From NCBI GenBank assembly GCA_963742735.1, contig CAVUMN010000002.1, positions 32,001 to 96,000 of the forward strand: a stretch of 64,000 bases of DNA, written 5' to 3'. A program made the translations under genes and the position numbers. A model generated the notes under the pieces. The model made no database searches. It was not told where the DNA came from and worked only from the letters and a program-made list of their open reading frames with translations. The stretch's first letter is position 1. The number at the start of each line of letters is the position of its first letter. Below are positions 51,703 through 61,397 of the stretch, piece after piece. Source of the stretch: an uncultured Actinomycetes bacterium (lineage in GTDB: Bacteria; Actinomycetota; UBA4738; JBBDTT01).

Positions 51703-54700
51703 ATGAACGAGCTGAGCGCCTCCTCGAGCTCGTCGGTCCCCTGCCCGCGGTGCGGCCGCGGGAACCGGGACACGGCCAAGTTCTGCAAGGGATGCGGCCT
51801 GTCCTTCGCGCCGGAGATCACCTGCGTGAGCTGCGGCAGCAAGCTCGAGGCCGACGCCGTCTTCTGCGACGAGTGCGGCACCGCGGTCACGGCCTCCCAG
51901 CCGGCGGTGAAGGCCCCGGTCCGCGAGTCGGCTCGACTGCCGGAGACCTTTGGGGGCGGCCGCTACAAGGTCGTCCGGTTCCTGGGCGAGGGGGGACGCA
52001 AGCGGGTCTACCTGGCCGAGGACACCCGGCTGACCCGTGAGGTCGCCGTCAGCGTCTTCAAGGCCGAGGGGGTGGACGAGACGGCGCTGATTCGCGCCCG
52101 GCGCGAGGCCGAGGCGATGGGCAAGCTCGGCGACCATCCCAACATCGTCACGATCTACGACTTCGGCGAGGAGGACGGCGGCTTGTTCCTCGTCAGTCAG
52201 TACATGTCGGGAGGCGACCTCTCGGGCATGCTCTCCCAGGCCCCGGACCGCCGGCTGGCGATCGCCGAGGTGGCGCGGATCTCCACGGAGATCGCCCGCG
52301 GCCTGGAGCACGCGCACGCGAACGGCGTGATCCACCGCGACCTCAAGCCCCAGAACGTGTGGCTGTCCCCGGACGGGACCGCCAAGCTCGGCGACTTCGG
52401 CCTGGCCCTCGCCGCCGACCGCTCCCGCCTGACCGTGGACGGGGCGATGGTCGGGACGGTCGCGTACATGCCGCCCGAGCAGGGTCTGGGCCGGCCGGCC
52501 GACGAGCGGTCGGACCTCTACTCCCTGGGCGCGGTGATGTACGAGCTGATCTGTGGGGTCCCGCCGTTCACCGGCGGGGACGCCGCGGCGATCATCTCCC
52601 AGCACGTCAGCACCGTTCCCGTCGGCCCCAGCTGGCACCGCTCCGACCTGCCCACCGCGCTCGAGCGGCTGGTGCTGAAGCTCCTGGCGAAGACCCCTGA
52701 TGAGCGGTTCCAGTCGGCCACCGAGACCCGCGAGGCACTCCAGGCCATCGAGTCGGCGTCGGGGGTCGCGCCGGCGCCCGCCGAAGGCACGGTCGCCCTC
52801 GAGCGTCTGACCGACGGCATCTTCCTTGGCCGGGAGTCCGAGATGAAGGAGCTTCGGGCGGCGCTCGACGAGTCGATCGCCGGTCGAGGGCACGTAACCC
52901 TCATTGCCGGCGACGCCGGGATCGGCAAGACGCGGCTGGCGACGGAGGTCAAGGCGTACGCCGAGCTCCGGGGCGCCCGGGTGCTCTCCGGCCGCTGTCA
53001 CGCCGGCGAGGGCGCGCCGCCGTACTGGCCCTGGGTCCAGGTGATCCGCACGTACGTCCGCGAGCGCAAGGCCGAGGAGCTCCTGGCCGAGCTCGGCTCC
53101 GGCGCCACCGACATCGCCCAGGTCGTCTCCGACGTCCGGGCCTGCCTGCCCGACCTCCCCGAGCCGCAGGTCCTGGACCCCGACCAGGCCCGGTTCCGGC
53201 TGTTCGACGCCGTCACCACGTTCCTGCGCAACGCCTCGAGCACCGGCCCGCTGGCGATCTTCATCGAGGACCTGCACCGCGCGGACGAGCCCTCGCGCGA
53301 GCTGCTGGACTTCGTATCCCGGGAGCTCGGCGGCGCGCGGATCTTCCTGCTCGGCACCTATCGCGACACCGAGCTCGGCGAGGACCACGCGCTGAACGAG
53401 CTCCACGCCTCACTGTCCCGCGAGCGCAATTACTCGCGCCTGCGCCTCCGGGGCCTGAACGAGCGCGAGGTCAAGGCGCTCCTGGAGGACGTGTCCCGCC
53501 AGACCCTGGAGACCACCCAGGAGCTCGCGCTGGTCGACGCGGTCTTCCGCGAGTCCGACGGCAACCCGTTCTTCATCGAAGAGATCCTGCGGACGCTGCT
53601 CGAGTCGGAGGTCATCTACCTGCGCGAGGGCAAGTGGGTGAGCGACGCGACCCACATGAGCGACCTGTCGATCCCGAAGTCCATCCGCGAGCTCGTGGAA
53701 CAGCGCCTGGCCCGGCTGCCCGAGGAGAGCCGGGAGCTCCTGTCGATCGCGTCGGTCATCGGCTACGAGTTCGACATGCAGACCCTGGAGACGGTGGCCG
53801 GCATCCCCGTGGCCTCGGTGTTCGACCGGGTGCGGGCGGCCGTGGACGCCGCCATCGTCTCGCCGGTCCCCGACGAGCCCAACCGGTACCGGTTCGCGTA
53901 CGGCGCCACGCGCGACGCGCTCTACGAGGAGCTTCCCGAGTCCCGCCGCTTCGAGCTGCACCGGGCCATCGGCGAGGCCCTCGAGGAGATGTACGACGAC
54001 CGCATCGAGTCCCACTTGGCCGAGCTGGCCCACCACTTCGCGCTCGCCGCCCCGCTCGGCCTGGCCGGCAAGGCCGCCGACTACTCGTGGTGGGCCGGCG
54101 AGCGAGCCGCCACGCTGGCCGCCCACGAGGAAGCGGTCCTGCACTTCACCCGGACCATCCAGCTGTTCGACACCTTGACCGAGGAGGAGCCCACCCGGCG
54201 GTGCGAGCTGCTCATCGTCCTCGGCGAGTCGCGGTGGCGGGCCGGGGACGTGCGGGGGGCGAAGGAGACGTTCCTCAAGGCTGCCGAGGCCGCCGAGAAG
54301 CACGCGCTGCGCGACCAGTACGCGCGGGCGGCGCTCGGCTTCGCCGGCGGGCCCGGCGGGTTCTCCGCCGCCGACAAGCCGGACGACCAGCTGGTCGAGC
54401 TGCTGCGCACGGCGCTCCGCGGCCTGTCCGAGCGCGACAGCCTGCTGCGCGTGCGGCTGCTGGCGCGCCTGTCCCTCGAGATGCGCCTGACCACCGACGC
54501 CGTGGAGCCGGACAAGCTCTCCCGCGAGGCGCTGGAGATGGCCGAGCGGCTGGGCGACGCGCGGATCACGCTGCTGGCGATGTACAGCCGCCAGTGGGCG
54601 ACGATGGGGCCCGACGGGCTCGAGGACGATCTGACCGCCGGCGAGGAGATCGTCCGGCTGGCCCGGGTGGTCGGCGACAAGGAGATGGACTTCCACGGCC

Positions 54701-56214
54701 ATCACCTCCGGATCCACGGGTTCCTCGCCCTGGGCGACATGGTCTCGGTCGACCGCGAGATCCGCAGCTGCGAGAAGCTGGCCCGCGAGCTGCGCCAGCC
54801 GTACTACGAGTGGCACGTGGCGGTGTTCAGGGTGATGCGGGCTCTCATGCAGGGACGGTTCGACGAGGCCGGCCGGCTGGCGAGCTCCGCGGCGGCGATC
54901 GGTGCGCGAAGCCAGCCGGAGATCGCCACCACCGTGTTCGGCGTGCACGCCCTGCTCGGGAGCCTCCACACCAACTCGATGGCCGACCTGGTCCCGGGGG
55001 GCGAGCTCTTCGCCACGAACTATCCCCACTCGGCGTGGCCCTCGGCCTACGCCTGGATTCTCACCGAGGTCGGGGAGAACGCCAAGGCCCGCCCGGTGTT
55101 CGACGGCGTGGCCCGTGACCGTTTCGCCGGCCTGCGCCGGGACTCGAATTGGCTGACCGCCATGACGTGCGGCTCCCTGGCGTGTAGCGCCCTCGGCGAC
55201 GAGGAGGCGGCCGCCGTCATGTACGAGCTGCTCTCGCCCTACGCCGACTACTGCACGTCGATCCTGACCGCCGCGGCGTTCGTGGGCTCGATCCATATGT
55301 ACCTGGGGTTCCTGGCCGAGACCATGCGCCACCTGGACACCGCGATCGACCACTTCCAGAAGGGCATCGAGGTGAACGAGCGGATCGGCGCGTACCTCCT
55401 GGTTCCGCGGACCTACTTCGGTCTGGCGAGGGCCCTGCTCGCCCGGGACGGGGCCGGCGACCGGGAGCGCGCGTCGCAGGCCATCGAGAAGGGGCTGGAT
55501 CGAGCCCGCGAGGTGCAGATGCCGGGCGAGGTCGAGCGCCTGCTGGGGCTGAAGCTCGGCGGGCAGGGGATCACCTCGATCGACACACAGGCGTCGATCT
55601 ACCTGGTGGCGAAGTCGGTGGAGCAGGCCCGGCCCGACCTCACCCGCGCCGTCGCGCCGGACGGGACCGTGACGATCATGTTCTCCGACATCGAGGACTC
55701 AACGGTTCTCACCGAGCGGCTCGGAGACCGGCAGTGGCTGGAACTCCTGGAGGGGCACAACCAGATCATCCGCGAGAACTGCGCGAAGCATGACGGCTAC
55801 ACGGTCAAGTCGCAGGGCGACGGCTTCATGCTCGCCTTCGCCAGCGCCCGCAAGGCCATCCACTGTGCGATCGACGTGCAGCGGGCGATGGCGGAGCACC
55901 GCGGTGCGCACCCCGAGGCGCCCCTCAAGGTCCGCATCGGGCTGCACACCGGCGAAACGCTTCGCTCCGAGGAGGACTTCTTCGGCAAGAACGTTATCCT
56001 CGCCGCTCGGATAGCCGCCCAGGCGACCGGGGACCAGATCCTGGTGTCGTGGCTGCTCCGCGAGCTCGTGTCGAGCACCGGTGAGTTCGGGTTCGGCAAC
56101 GAACGCGAGCTGGAGCTGAAGGGCCTCTCCGGCAGCTATCGAGTCTTCGAGGTCCAGTGGGATGGCGCTACCGCGCCGGGAGCCGCACCTGCAGTGAGCT
56201 CACCTCGATCCTGA
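51703..56214 (+). CDS. Multidomain signalling protein: double Zn-ribbon + Ser/Thr kinase + STAND/AAA ATPase + helical (TPR-like) region + class III adenylate cyclase
   Basis: Four CxxC; HRDLKPQN, DFG; GDAGIGKT, IEDLH, GNPFF; FSDIEDST, KSQGDGFM, RIGLHTG. Confidence 0.92.
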   Translation: MNELSASSSSSVPCPRCGRGNRDTAKFCKGCGLSFAPEITCVSCGSKLEADAVFCDECGTAVTASQPAVKAPVRESARLPETFGGGRYKVVRFLGEGGRKRVYLAEDTRLTREVAVSVFKAEGVDETALIRARREAEAMGKLGDHPNIVTIYDFGEEDGGLFLVSQYMSGGDLSGMLSQAPDRRLAIAEVARISTEIARGLEHAHANGVIHRDLKPQNVWLSPDGTAKLGDFGLALAADRSRLTVDGAMVGTVAYMPPEQGLGRPADERSDLYSLGAVMYELICGVPPFTGGDAAAIISQHVSTVPVGPSWHRSDLPTALERLVLKLLAKTPDERFQSATETREALQAIESASGVAPAPAEGTVALERLTDGIFLGRESEMKELRAALDESIAGRGHVTLIAGDAGIGKTRLATEVKAYAELRGARVLSGRCHAGEGAPPYWPWVQVIRTYVRERKAEELLAELGSGATDIAQVVSDVRACLPDLPEPQVLDPDQARFRLFDAVTTFLRNASSTGPLAIFIEDLHRADEPSRELLDFVSRELGGARIFLLGTYRDTELGEDHALNELHASLSRERNYSRLRLRGLNEREVKALLEDVSRQTLETTQELALVDAVFRESDGNPFFIEEILRTLLESEVIYLREGKWVSDATHMSDLSIPKSIRELVEQRLARLPEESRELLSIASVIGYEFDMQTLETVAGIPVASVFDRVRAAVDAAIVSPVPDEPNRYRFAYGATRDALYEELPESRRFELHRAIGEALEEMYDDRIESHLAELAHHFALAAPLGLAGKAADYSWWAGERAATLAAHEEAVLHFTRTIQLFDTLTEEEPTRRCELLIVLGESRWRAGDVRGAKETFLKAAEAAEKHALRDQYARAALGFAGGPGGFSAADKPDDQLVELLRTALRGLSERDSLLRVRLLARLSLEMRLTTDAVEPDKLSREALEMAERLGDARITLLAMYSRQWATMGPDGLEDDLTAGEEIVRLARVVGDKEMDFHGHHLRIHGFLALGDMVSVDREIRSCEKLARELRQPYYEWHVAVFRVMRALMQGRFDEAGRLASSAAAIGARSQPEIATTVFGVHALLGSLHTNSMADLVPGGELFATNYPHSAWPSAYAWILTEVGENAKARPVFDGVARDRFAGLRRDSNWLTAMTCGSLACSALGDEEAAAVMYELLSPYADYCTSILTAAAFVGSIHMYLGFLAETMRHLDTAIDHFQKGIEVNERIGAYLLVPRTYFGLARALLARDGAGDRERASQAIEKGLDRAREVQMPGEVERLLGLKLGGQGITSIDTQASIYLVAKSVEQARPDLTRAVAPDGTVTIMFSDIEDSTVLTERLGDRQWLELLEGHNQIIRENCAKHDGYTVKSQGDGFMLAFASARKAIHCAIDVQRAMAEHRGAHPEAPLKVRIGLHTGETLRSEEDFFGKNVILAARIAAQATGDQILVSWLLRELVSSTGEFGFGNERELELKGLSGSYRVFEVQWDGATAPGAAPAVSSPRS

Positions 56215-57976
56215 ACCAGCCGTTCGACGGGCGCGCGTAGGGCGCGTCCGCGCCGACGAGCTCGAGCACGGCCGAGTTACCTTTCGCGAAGCGCCAGGCT
56301 CCGGGGTGCAGCCACCACGCGTTCGGACCATTCGCCGGGCGGTACGTACCCCGCGCGACCAAACGCTGCGACCCACCTCCCGGGGCGACGTCCCACAGGC
56401 GCGCGACGAGCTGGGCGTGCTCGGCCGGGACGCCGGTGACCGTCAGGTCGGCGGTGAGCCGTGGCGCACCGATCAGCGTCCACGCCGGGGCGCCCTCCTC
56501 CTTGATCACGTAGCGCGCGGTGCCGGGGGCGGTCTCGGCCGGCGTCTCGGCACAGACCGTCCCGGTCGCGGGGTCGATGGCCAGGGCCACGCGGGGGTCG
56601 CCGCTCCCCGAGACGACCGTCCGGGACCCGGTCGTCGCGAACACCACCTGCCGGCGGGCCAGGGCCGCGAACGTCGGGGCGACGTACGGCCCGAGGCTGG
56701 GCTCCGTCGCCGGACAGGTGACCACATAGGCCGTCACCCCCAGCCGCGGCGAGCCCTCGCCCTTCAGGTAGCGGTCGAACCAGCCGTGGATCCGCGCCAG
56801 CAGCTCGGCCCGCTCAACCGGCTTCTGCGCCGAGCGCTGGTGGCCGAAGTCGCCGAAGAAGAGCGACAGCGGCACCTTTGGATACATCCGGCGCATGCGG
56901 TTCGCGAAGCGCAGGGCCTCGTCCACCGGGAACAGGTCGTCGGTGAAGCCCGAGGCGATGAAGAGCGGGGGTGGGGGGCGGCTCGGGTCGATGAAGTACG
57001 CGGAGTGGTAGTCGCGTGCCACGCGAACGATGTCCGTCGCGACGGGGTCGGTGTACGGCTCGCCCAGGTCGATGCGCGCCACCGACCGCTGGATCTCGGC
57101 CTCCGGGTCGGTCCCCGGCAGGGCCAGGAAGCCCATCGGGCGGCCCGGGATGAACGGCTCGCCCACCGGCTGGCCGGGACCGATCGCGTTCTGGGCCGCG
57201 AGGAGGATCCCGTTCACGAACGATCCCTTCGGCACACCGATCGGGGAGTGGGCGACGGCGGCGCCGGTGACGCCGGTCGGTGAGACGCGCCCGTTCGGGG
57301 CGGCGGCGGTGACCAGGTCGCTCCACGGGATCACCGGCGCGGCCGCCGCGATCCGTAGGGGCCGGCCCGCCGGGCTCCGCCACGGGACCAGGCGGCCGTC
57401 CGGCAGCATGACCCGGTCCCGCAACGCGGCCAGCATCAGCGTCTGCCCGCCGCCGTAGGAGTCGGCGGTCACGCCGATCCGGCCCGCGGCGGCCACGCCC
57501 TCGTCCACCAGGCGGCCGATCAGGTGCTGCGCGTCCCGCACCTCGTAGCGGACGTCCGCCAGGTGGAGGTACCCGCCCAGGCAGGCCTCGGGGCTCGCCG
57601 CGCGCGACTCGGGCGTGCCGCACGACCCCCACAGCCCGCGCGCGGTGAACGTGAGGACCGCGTATCCCTCCCGGGCCCACGCGTAGGCGTTGTCGGTGTA
57701 CGCGGTGGAGGCCGGGTCCAGGTACTCGTGCTTCGAGTTGCCGAAGCCGTTGAGCTCGACGACCAGGGGAAGGTCGCGGGCGCCCTCGGCGGGCAGCGTC
57801 ACGGTCGTGTCGAGGGGCACGCCGTCCCACGTCTCGGCCAGCCCCGAGCACAGGTACACGCCCTCCGCCGGCCCGCAGTCGGTCAGCCCCAGCGGGGGTG
57901 CGGACGCGGTGGCGGTGCCGGCCGGCATCCCCAGCACGAGCGAGACGGCCAGCGCGAGTGGGCGGGCTCGACGCAA
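56168..57976 (-). CDS. Secreted CocE/NonD-like acylase/peptidase; start approximate
   Basis: Signal-like N-terminus, WDGVPLD, ARG..GSCG, DSYGGG nucleophile elbow. Confidence 0.82.
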   Translation of the reverse strand: MRRARPLALAVSLVLGMPAGTATASAPPLGLTDCGPAEGVYLCSGLAETWDGVPLDTTVTLPAEGARDLPLVVELNGFGNSKHEYLDPASTAYTDNAYAWAREGYAVLTFTARGLWGSCGTPESRAASPEACLGGYLHLADVRYEVRDAQHLIGRLVDEGVAAAGRIGVTADSYGGGQTLMLAALRDRVMLPDGRLVPWRSPAGRPLRIAAAAPVIPWSDLVTAAAPNGRVSPTGVTGAAVAHSPIGVPKGSFVNGILLAAQNAIGPGQPVGEPFIPGRPMGFLALPGTDPEAEIQRSVARIDLGEPYTDPVATDIVRVARDYHSAYFIDPSRPPPPLFIASGFTDDLFPVDEALRFANRMRRMYPKVPLSLFFGDFGHQRSAQKPVERAELLARIHGWFDRYLKGEGSPRLGVTAYVVTCPATEPSLGPYVAPTFAALARRQVVFATTGSRTVVSGSGDPRVALAIDPATGTVCAETPAETAPGTARYVIKEEGAPAWTLIGAPRLTADLTVTGVPAEHAQLVARLWDVAPGGGSQRLVARGTYRPANGPNAWWLHPGAWRFAKGNSAVLELVGADAPYARPSNGWFRIEVSSLQVRLPAR

Positions 57977-58112
57977 GGAGAGGATTGTGACGCGTTGGCG
58001 GGGGTTGCGGAAATGGGCACCTTGACCGGCGTTCGCCCCAGTGATTGGGTAATCGTCAGATTTGTCCAACTGAGCTGGACTGCGCTCCGCGGTCCCGAGG
58101 GGAGAAGGCACC

Positions 58113-59654
58113 ATGCGTGCTCGGTCGATCGCTCTGCTCAGCATCCTGACCATTGTCGCAAGCATGTTCGGCATCACCACGGCGACGGCCGGCGGGCCGA
58201 TCACGATCATGGTCGACGACGACGGCATGGCCGTCCCGGGGAACTGTGGGTCCACGACGGTGACCCACGACACCATCCAGGAAGCGGTGGACGCGGCGCT
58301 GGCCGGGGACACCATCAGCGTCTGCCCGGGGGACTACCCCGACCCGGTCAACGTGGACAAGACCCTGGAGATCCTGGGTGCCCAGGCCGGGGTCGACGCC
58401 CGCACCCGGCCGGGGACGCTCTCCTTGGAATCCGCCGTGGGGCCGGAAGGTGAGAGCTTGCTGGGATTCTTCGTCACGGCCCCGAACGTGGTCATCTCCG
58501 GGTTCATGTTCATCGGCTGGTCCGACGCCGTCAGGAGCACCTCGGAGGCCGCGAGCCTCCGGGTCCTCGACAGCATCTTCTCCGAGAACTTCGCCGGTCT
58601 CCGGATCCAGTCGAACAACAGCCTGGCCCGTCGGAACCTGTTCGCCGACAACTTCGTCGGCATCCTGATGTTGGGCGGGACGAAGGCCCTCTTCACGCTG
58701 AACGACTTCCTGGGCAACGACGTCGGGATCGACCTCGAGGGGGACACGGACGACTTCACCGGTCAGGGAGAGCCGCCTCCCATCAATCCCTTCCCGACGG
58801 ACGTCCGGATCCTGCGGAACGAATTCCTGGGCCCCGATCTGGGTCCCGGCGAGGTGGGGACCAACACCATCTCGCAGACCGTGGGGATCGAGGCCTCGAG
58901 CACGACCGGCCTGATCATCACGGAGAACACCATCTCCGAGGTCCTGATCGGGATATGGCTCGCCGGAGGCACCGACGCGACGACCGTCGAGCTGAACGAC
59001 GTGAGCGCATTCGATGTGGACCTCCTCCTCGATGACGGCGGGCAGATCAGCACCACCGACGTCTGCTGTGCGCCGAACTCGAACGTGACGGTCAAGTCCA
59101 ATCGCCTCACGAACAGCGGCTCGGGCATCGCGATCTTCTCCCTGACCGGGTCCATGGTCGTGTCCCGCAACACCATCACGGGGAACAACGGCGGGATCTT
59201 CAACGACTCCGGCGCCCAGGTGAACGCGGCCGAGAACTGGTGGGGCGCCGCCTCCGGCCCCTCGGACTGGTCCACGGGGACCGGCGACCCGGTGTCGCCG
59301 GACGTTCGGTTCTTCCCGTGGTCCACGAACGCGACGTTCACGGCGTTCTCCAAGTGCAAGAACACGCCGACGGCCGCGAACCAGACCATCAACGGGACCA
59401 CCGGCAACGACATCCTGTGCGGCGGCGGCGGTCAGGACACCATCGACGGCAAGGCGGGTAACGACCTCATCCTGGGCGACGCCGGTAGCGACATCCTGAT
59501 GGGTGCGCTGGGCGCCGACGCCATTCTGGGCGGCCAGGGAGACGACACCCTCAACGGCAACGCCGGGTTCGATCACCTGCAGGGACAGTCCAACTCCGAC
59601 TCGTGTCTGGTCGGGGTGGACGGAGGACAGACGGCCACCTGCGAAGGACCCTGA
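58113..59654 (+). CDS. Secreted right-handed beta-helix protein with Ca-binding (RTX-like) repeats, copy 1
   Basis: Signal peptide, TIQ.AVDAA..GDTI.VCPG.Y, Asn-ladder repeats, NAAENWWG, GGxGxD nonamers. Confidence 0.9.
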   Translation: MRARSIALLSILTIVASMFGITTATAGGPITIMVDDDGMAVPGNCGSTTVTHDTIQEAVDAALAGDTISVCPGDYPDPVNVDKTLEILGAQAGVDARTRPGTLSLESAVGPEGESLLGFFVTAPNVVISGFMFIGWSDAVRSTSEAASLRVLDSIFSENFAGLRIQSNNSLARRNLFADNFVGILMLGGTKALFTLNDFLGNDVGIDLEGDTDDFTGQGEPPPINPFPTDVRILRNEFLGPDLGPGEVGTNTISQTVGIEASSTTGLIITENTISEVLIGIWLAGGTDATTVELNDVSAFDVDLLLDDGGQISTTDVCCAPNSNVTVKSNRLTNSGSGIAIFSLTGSMVVSRNTITGNNGGIFNDSGAQVNAAENWWGAASGPSDWSTGTGDPVSPDVRFFPWSTNATFTAFSKCKNTPTAANQTINGTTGNDILCGGGGQDTIDGKAGNDLILGDAGSDILMGALGADAILGGQGDDTLNGNAGFDHLQGQSNSDSCLVGVDGGQTATCEGP

Positions 59655-59720
59655 GCAACTGTGGCATTGTTCCGCACACACGAACGGGCGCCGGCTGGGG
59701 GCCCAGAAGGAGGAAGAACG

Positions 59721-61292
59721 ATGCGTCGTCGGTCGGTCGCTCTACTCAGCATCCTGACGCTTGCCGCGGGACTCCTCGGGATCACCGGGGCCCACGCTGG
59801 CGGCCCCATCACCCTGGCGGTGGACGACGACGGCATGGCCGTCCCGGGGAACTGCGACTCGGCGACGGCGACGTTCACCACGATCCAGGCGGCGGTGGAC
59901 GCCGCCCTGGCGGGGGACACGATCCAGGTGTGCCCGGGGACCTACGAGGAACAGGTGTACGTGGACAAGACCCTGGAGCTCCTGGGGGCCCAGGCCGGGA
60001 TCGACGGCCGCACCCGGCCCGGAACGCCGGCCGTGGAGTCCGTCCTGGACTCGGACGCGGTCGACCAGACGGGCATCTACGTCGACGCCCCGAACGTGGT
60101 CATCAACGGGTTCCTCATCCAGGGCTATGACGCCGGCATCAGCACCAACATCATCATCGACCCGGTCCCGGCCTCCGGGCTCCGGGTCCTGAACAACATC
60201 CTCTTCCAGAACGGGACCGGTCTCCAGATCGAGTCGGACAACAGCCTCGTCCGCCGAAACCTCTTCGAAGACAACGTCCTCGGCATCCACATGCTCACCG
60301 GGACGAAGGCCACGTTCACGACCAACGAGTTCCTTGGCAACCACGCCGTCGGCATCCTGCTCGAGGGCTGCTTCGAGTACTGCGACTCGGGCATCAACGG
60401 TTTCGGCCCCCCGACGGACGTGACCATCTCGACGAACGAGATCGTGGGCCCGGAGATCACGGAGACCGGTGGCGGGGGCGGTGGGGGCCCGACGGTTGGG
60501 ATCGAGGCCCACAACACGACCGGCGTGCGGATCACCGGGAACAACATCTCGGTGGTGGATTTCGGAATCTGGCTCGCTGAGGGCAACGACGCGGTGACCG
60601 TCGAGACGAACACCGTGGACGACACGGGGATCGCCCTCCTGCTGGGCTTCCTCCGGAGGGAGGTCAACACGGAGGGGATTGGCGGCGGTCCGAACTCGAA
60701 CGTCACGGTCAAGTCCAACCGCTTCACCAACAGCGAAACGGGCATCGAGATCGACGACTTCTCGCTCTCCGGGAACTTCGTCGTCTCCCGCAACACCATC
60801 ACGGGGAACGATGACTGGGGGATCGTGAACTTCTCCAGTGCCCAGGTGAACGCGGCGGAGAACTGGTGGGGCGCCGCCTCGGGGCCGTCGGACTGGTCCA
60901 CCGGGACCGGTGACTCGGTTTCGCCCAACGTCCGGTTCTTCCCGTGGTCCACGAACGCCACGTTCACCACGTTCGCCAAGTGCAAGAACAAGTACACGGC
61001 CGGCAACGACACCGTCAACGGGACCACCGGCAACGACATCCTGTGCGGCGGCGGCGGTCAGGACACCATCGACGGCAAGGCGGGGAACGACCTCATCCTG
61101 GGCGACGCCGGCAGCGACATCCTGATGGGTGCGCTGGGCGCCGACGCCATCCTGGCCGGCCAGGGCGACGACACCCTGAGGGGCAACGCCGGGTTCGACT
61201 CCCTGCAGGGCCAGGCCAACTACGACTTCTGCGATGTCGGGGTCGACTCAGGACAGATCGCCACCTGCGAGGAAGTGCCCATAGGACCCTGA
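59721..61292 (+). CDS. Secreted beta-helix/RTX protein, copy 2
   Basis: Paralog of copy 1; SD AAGGAGG. Confidence 0.9.
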   Translation: MRRRSVALLSILTLAAGLLGITGAHAGGPITLAVDDDGMAVPGNCDSATATFTTIQAAVDAALAGDTIQVCPGTYEEQVYVDKTLELLGAQAGIDGRTRPGTPAVESVLDSDAVDQTGIYVDAPNVVINGFLIQGYDAGISTNIIIDPVPASGLRVLNNILFQNGTGLQIESDNSLVRRNLFEDNVLGIHMLTGTKATFTTNEFLGNHAVGILLEGCFEYCDSGINGFGPPTDVTISTNEIVGPEITETGGGGGGGPTVGIEAHNTTGVRITGNNISVVDFGIWLAEGNDAVTVETNTVDDTGIALLLGFLRREVNTEGIGGGPNSNVTVKSNRFTNSETGIEIDDFSLSGNFVVSRNTITGNDDWGIVNFSSAQVNAAENWWGAASGPSDWSTGTGDSVSPNVRFFPWSTNATFTTFAKCKNKYTAGNDTVNGTTGNDILCGGGGQDTIDGKAGNDLILGDAGSDILMGALGADAILAGQGDDTLRGNAGFDSLQGQANYDFCDVGVDSGQIATCEEVPIGP

Positions 61293-61397
61293 CGAGCGCG
61301 ACGGAACCCTTGACCTGATCCGGGAGGCGTGCTTGGCTTCGACTGATTTGTCCACTTGAACCGGGCGGCGGTTGGCGGCCCCGAAGGAGGAACCACG

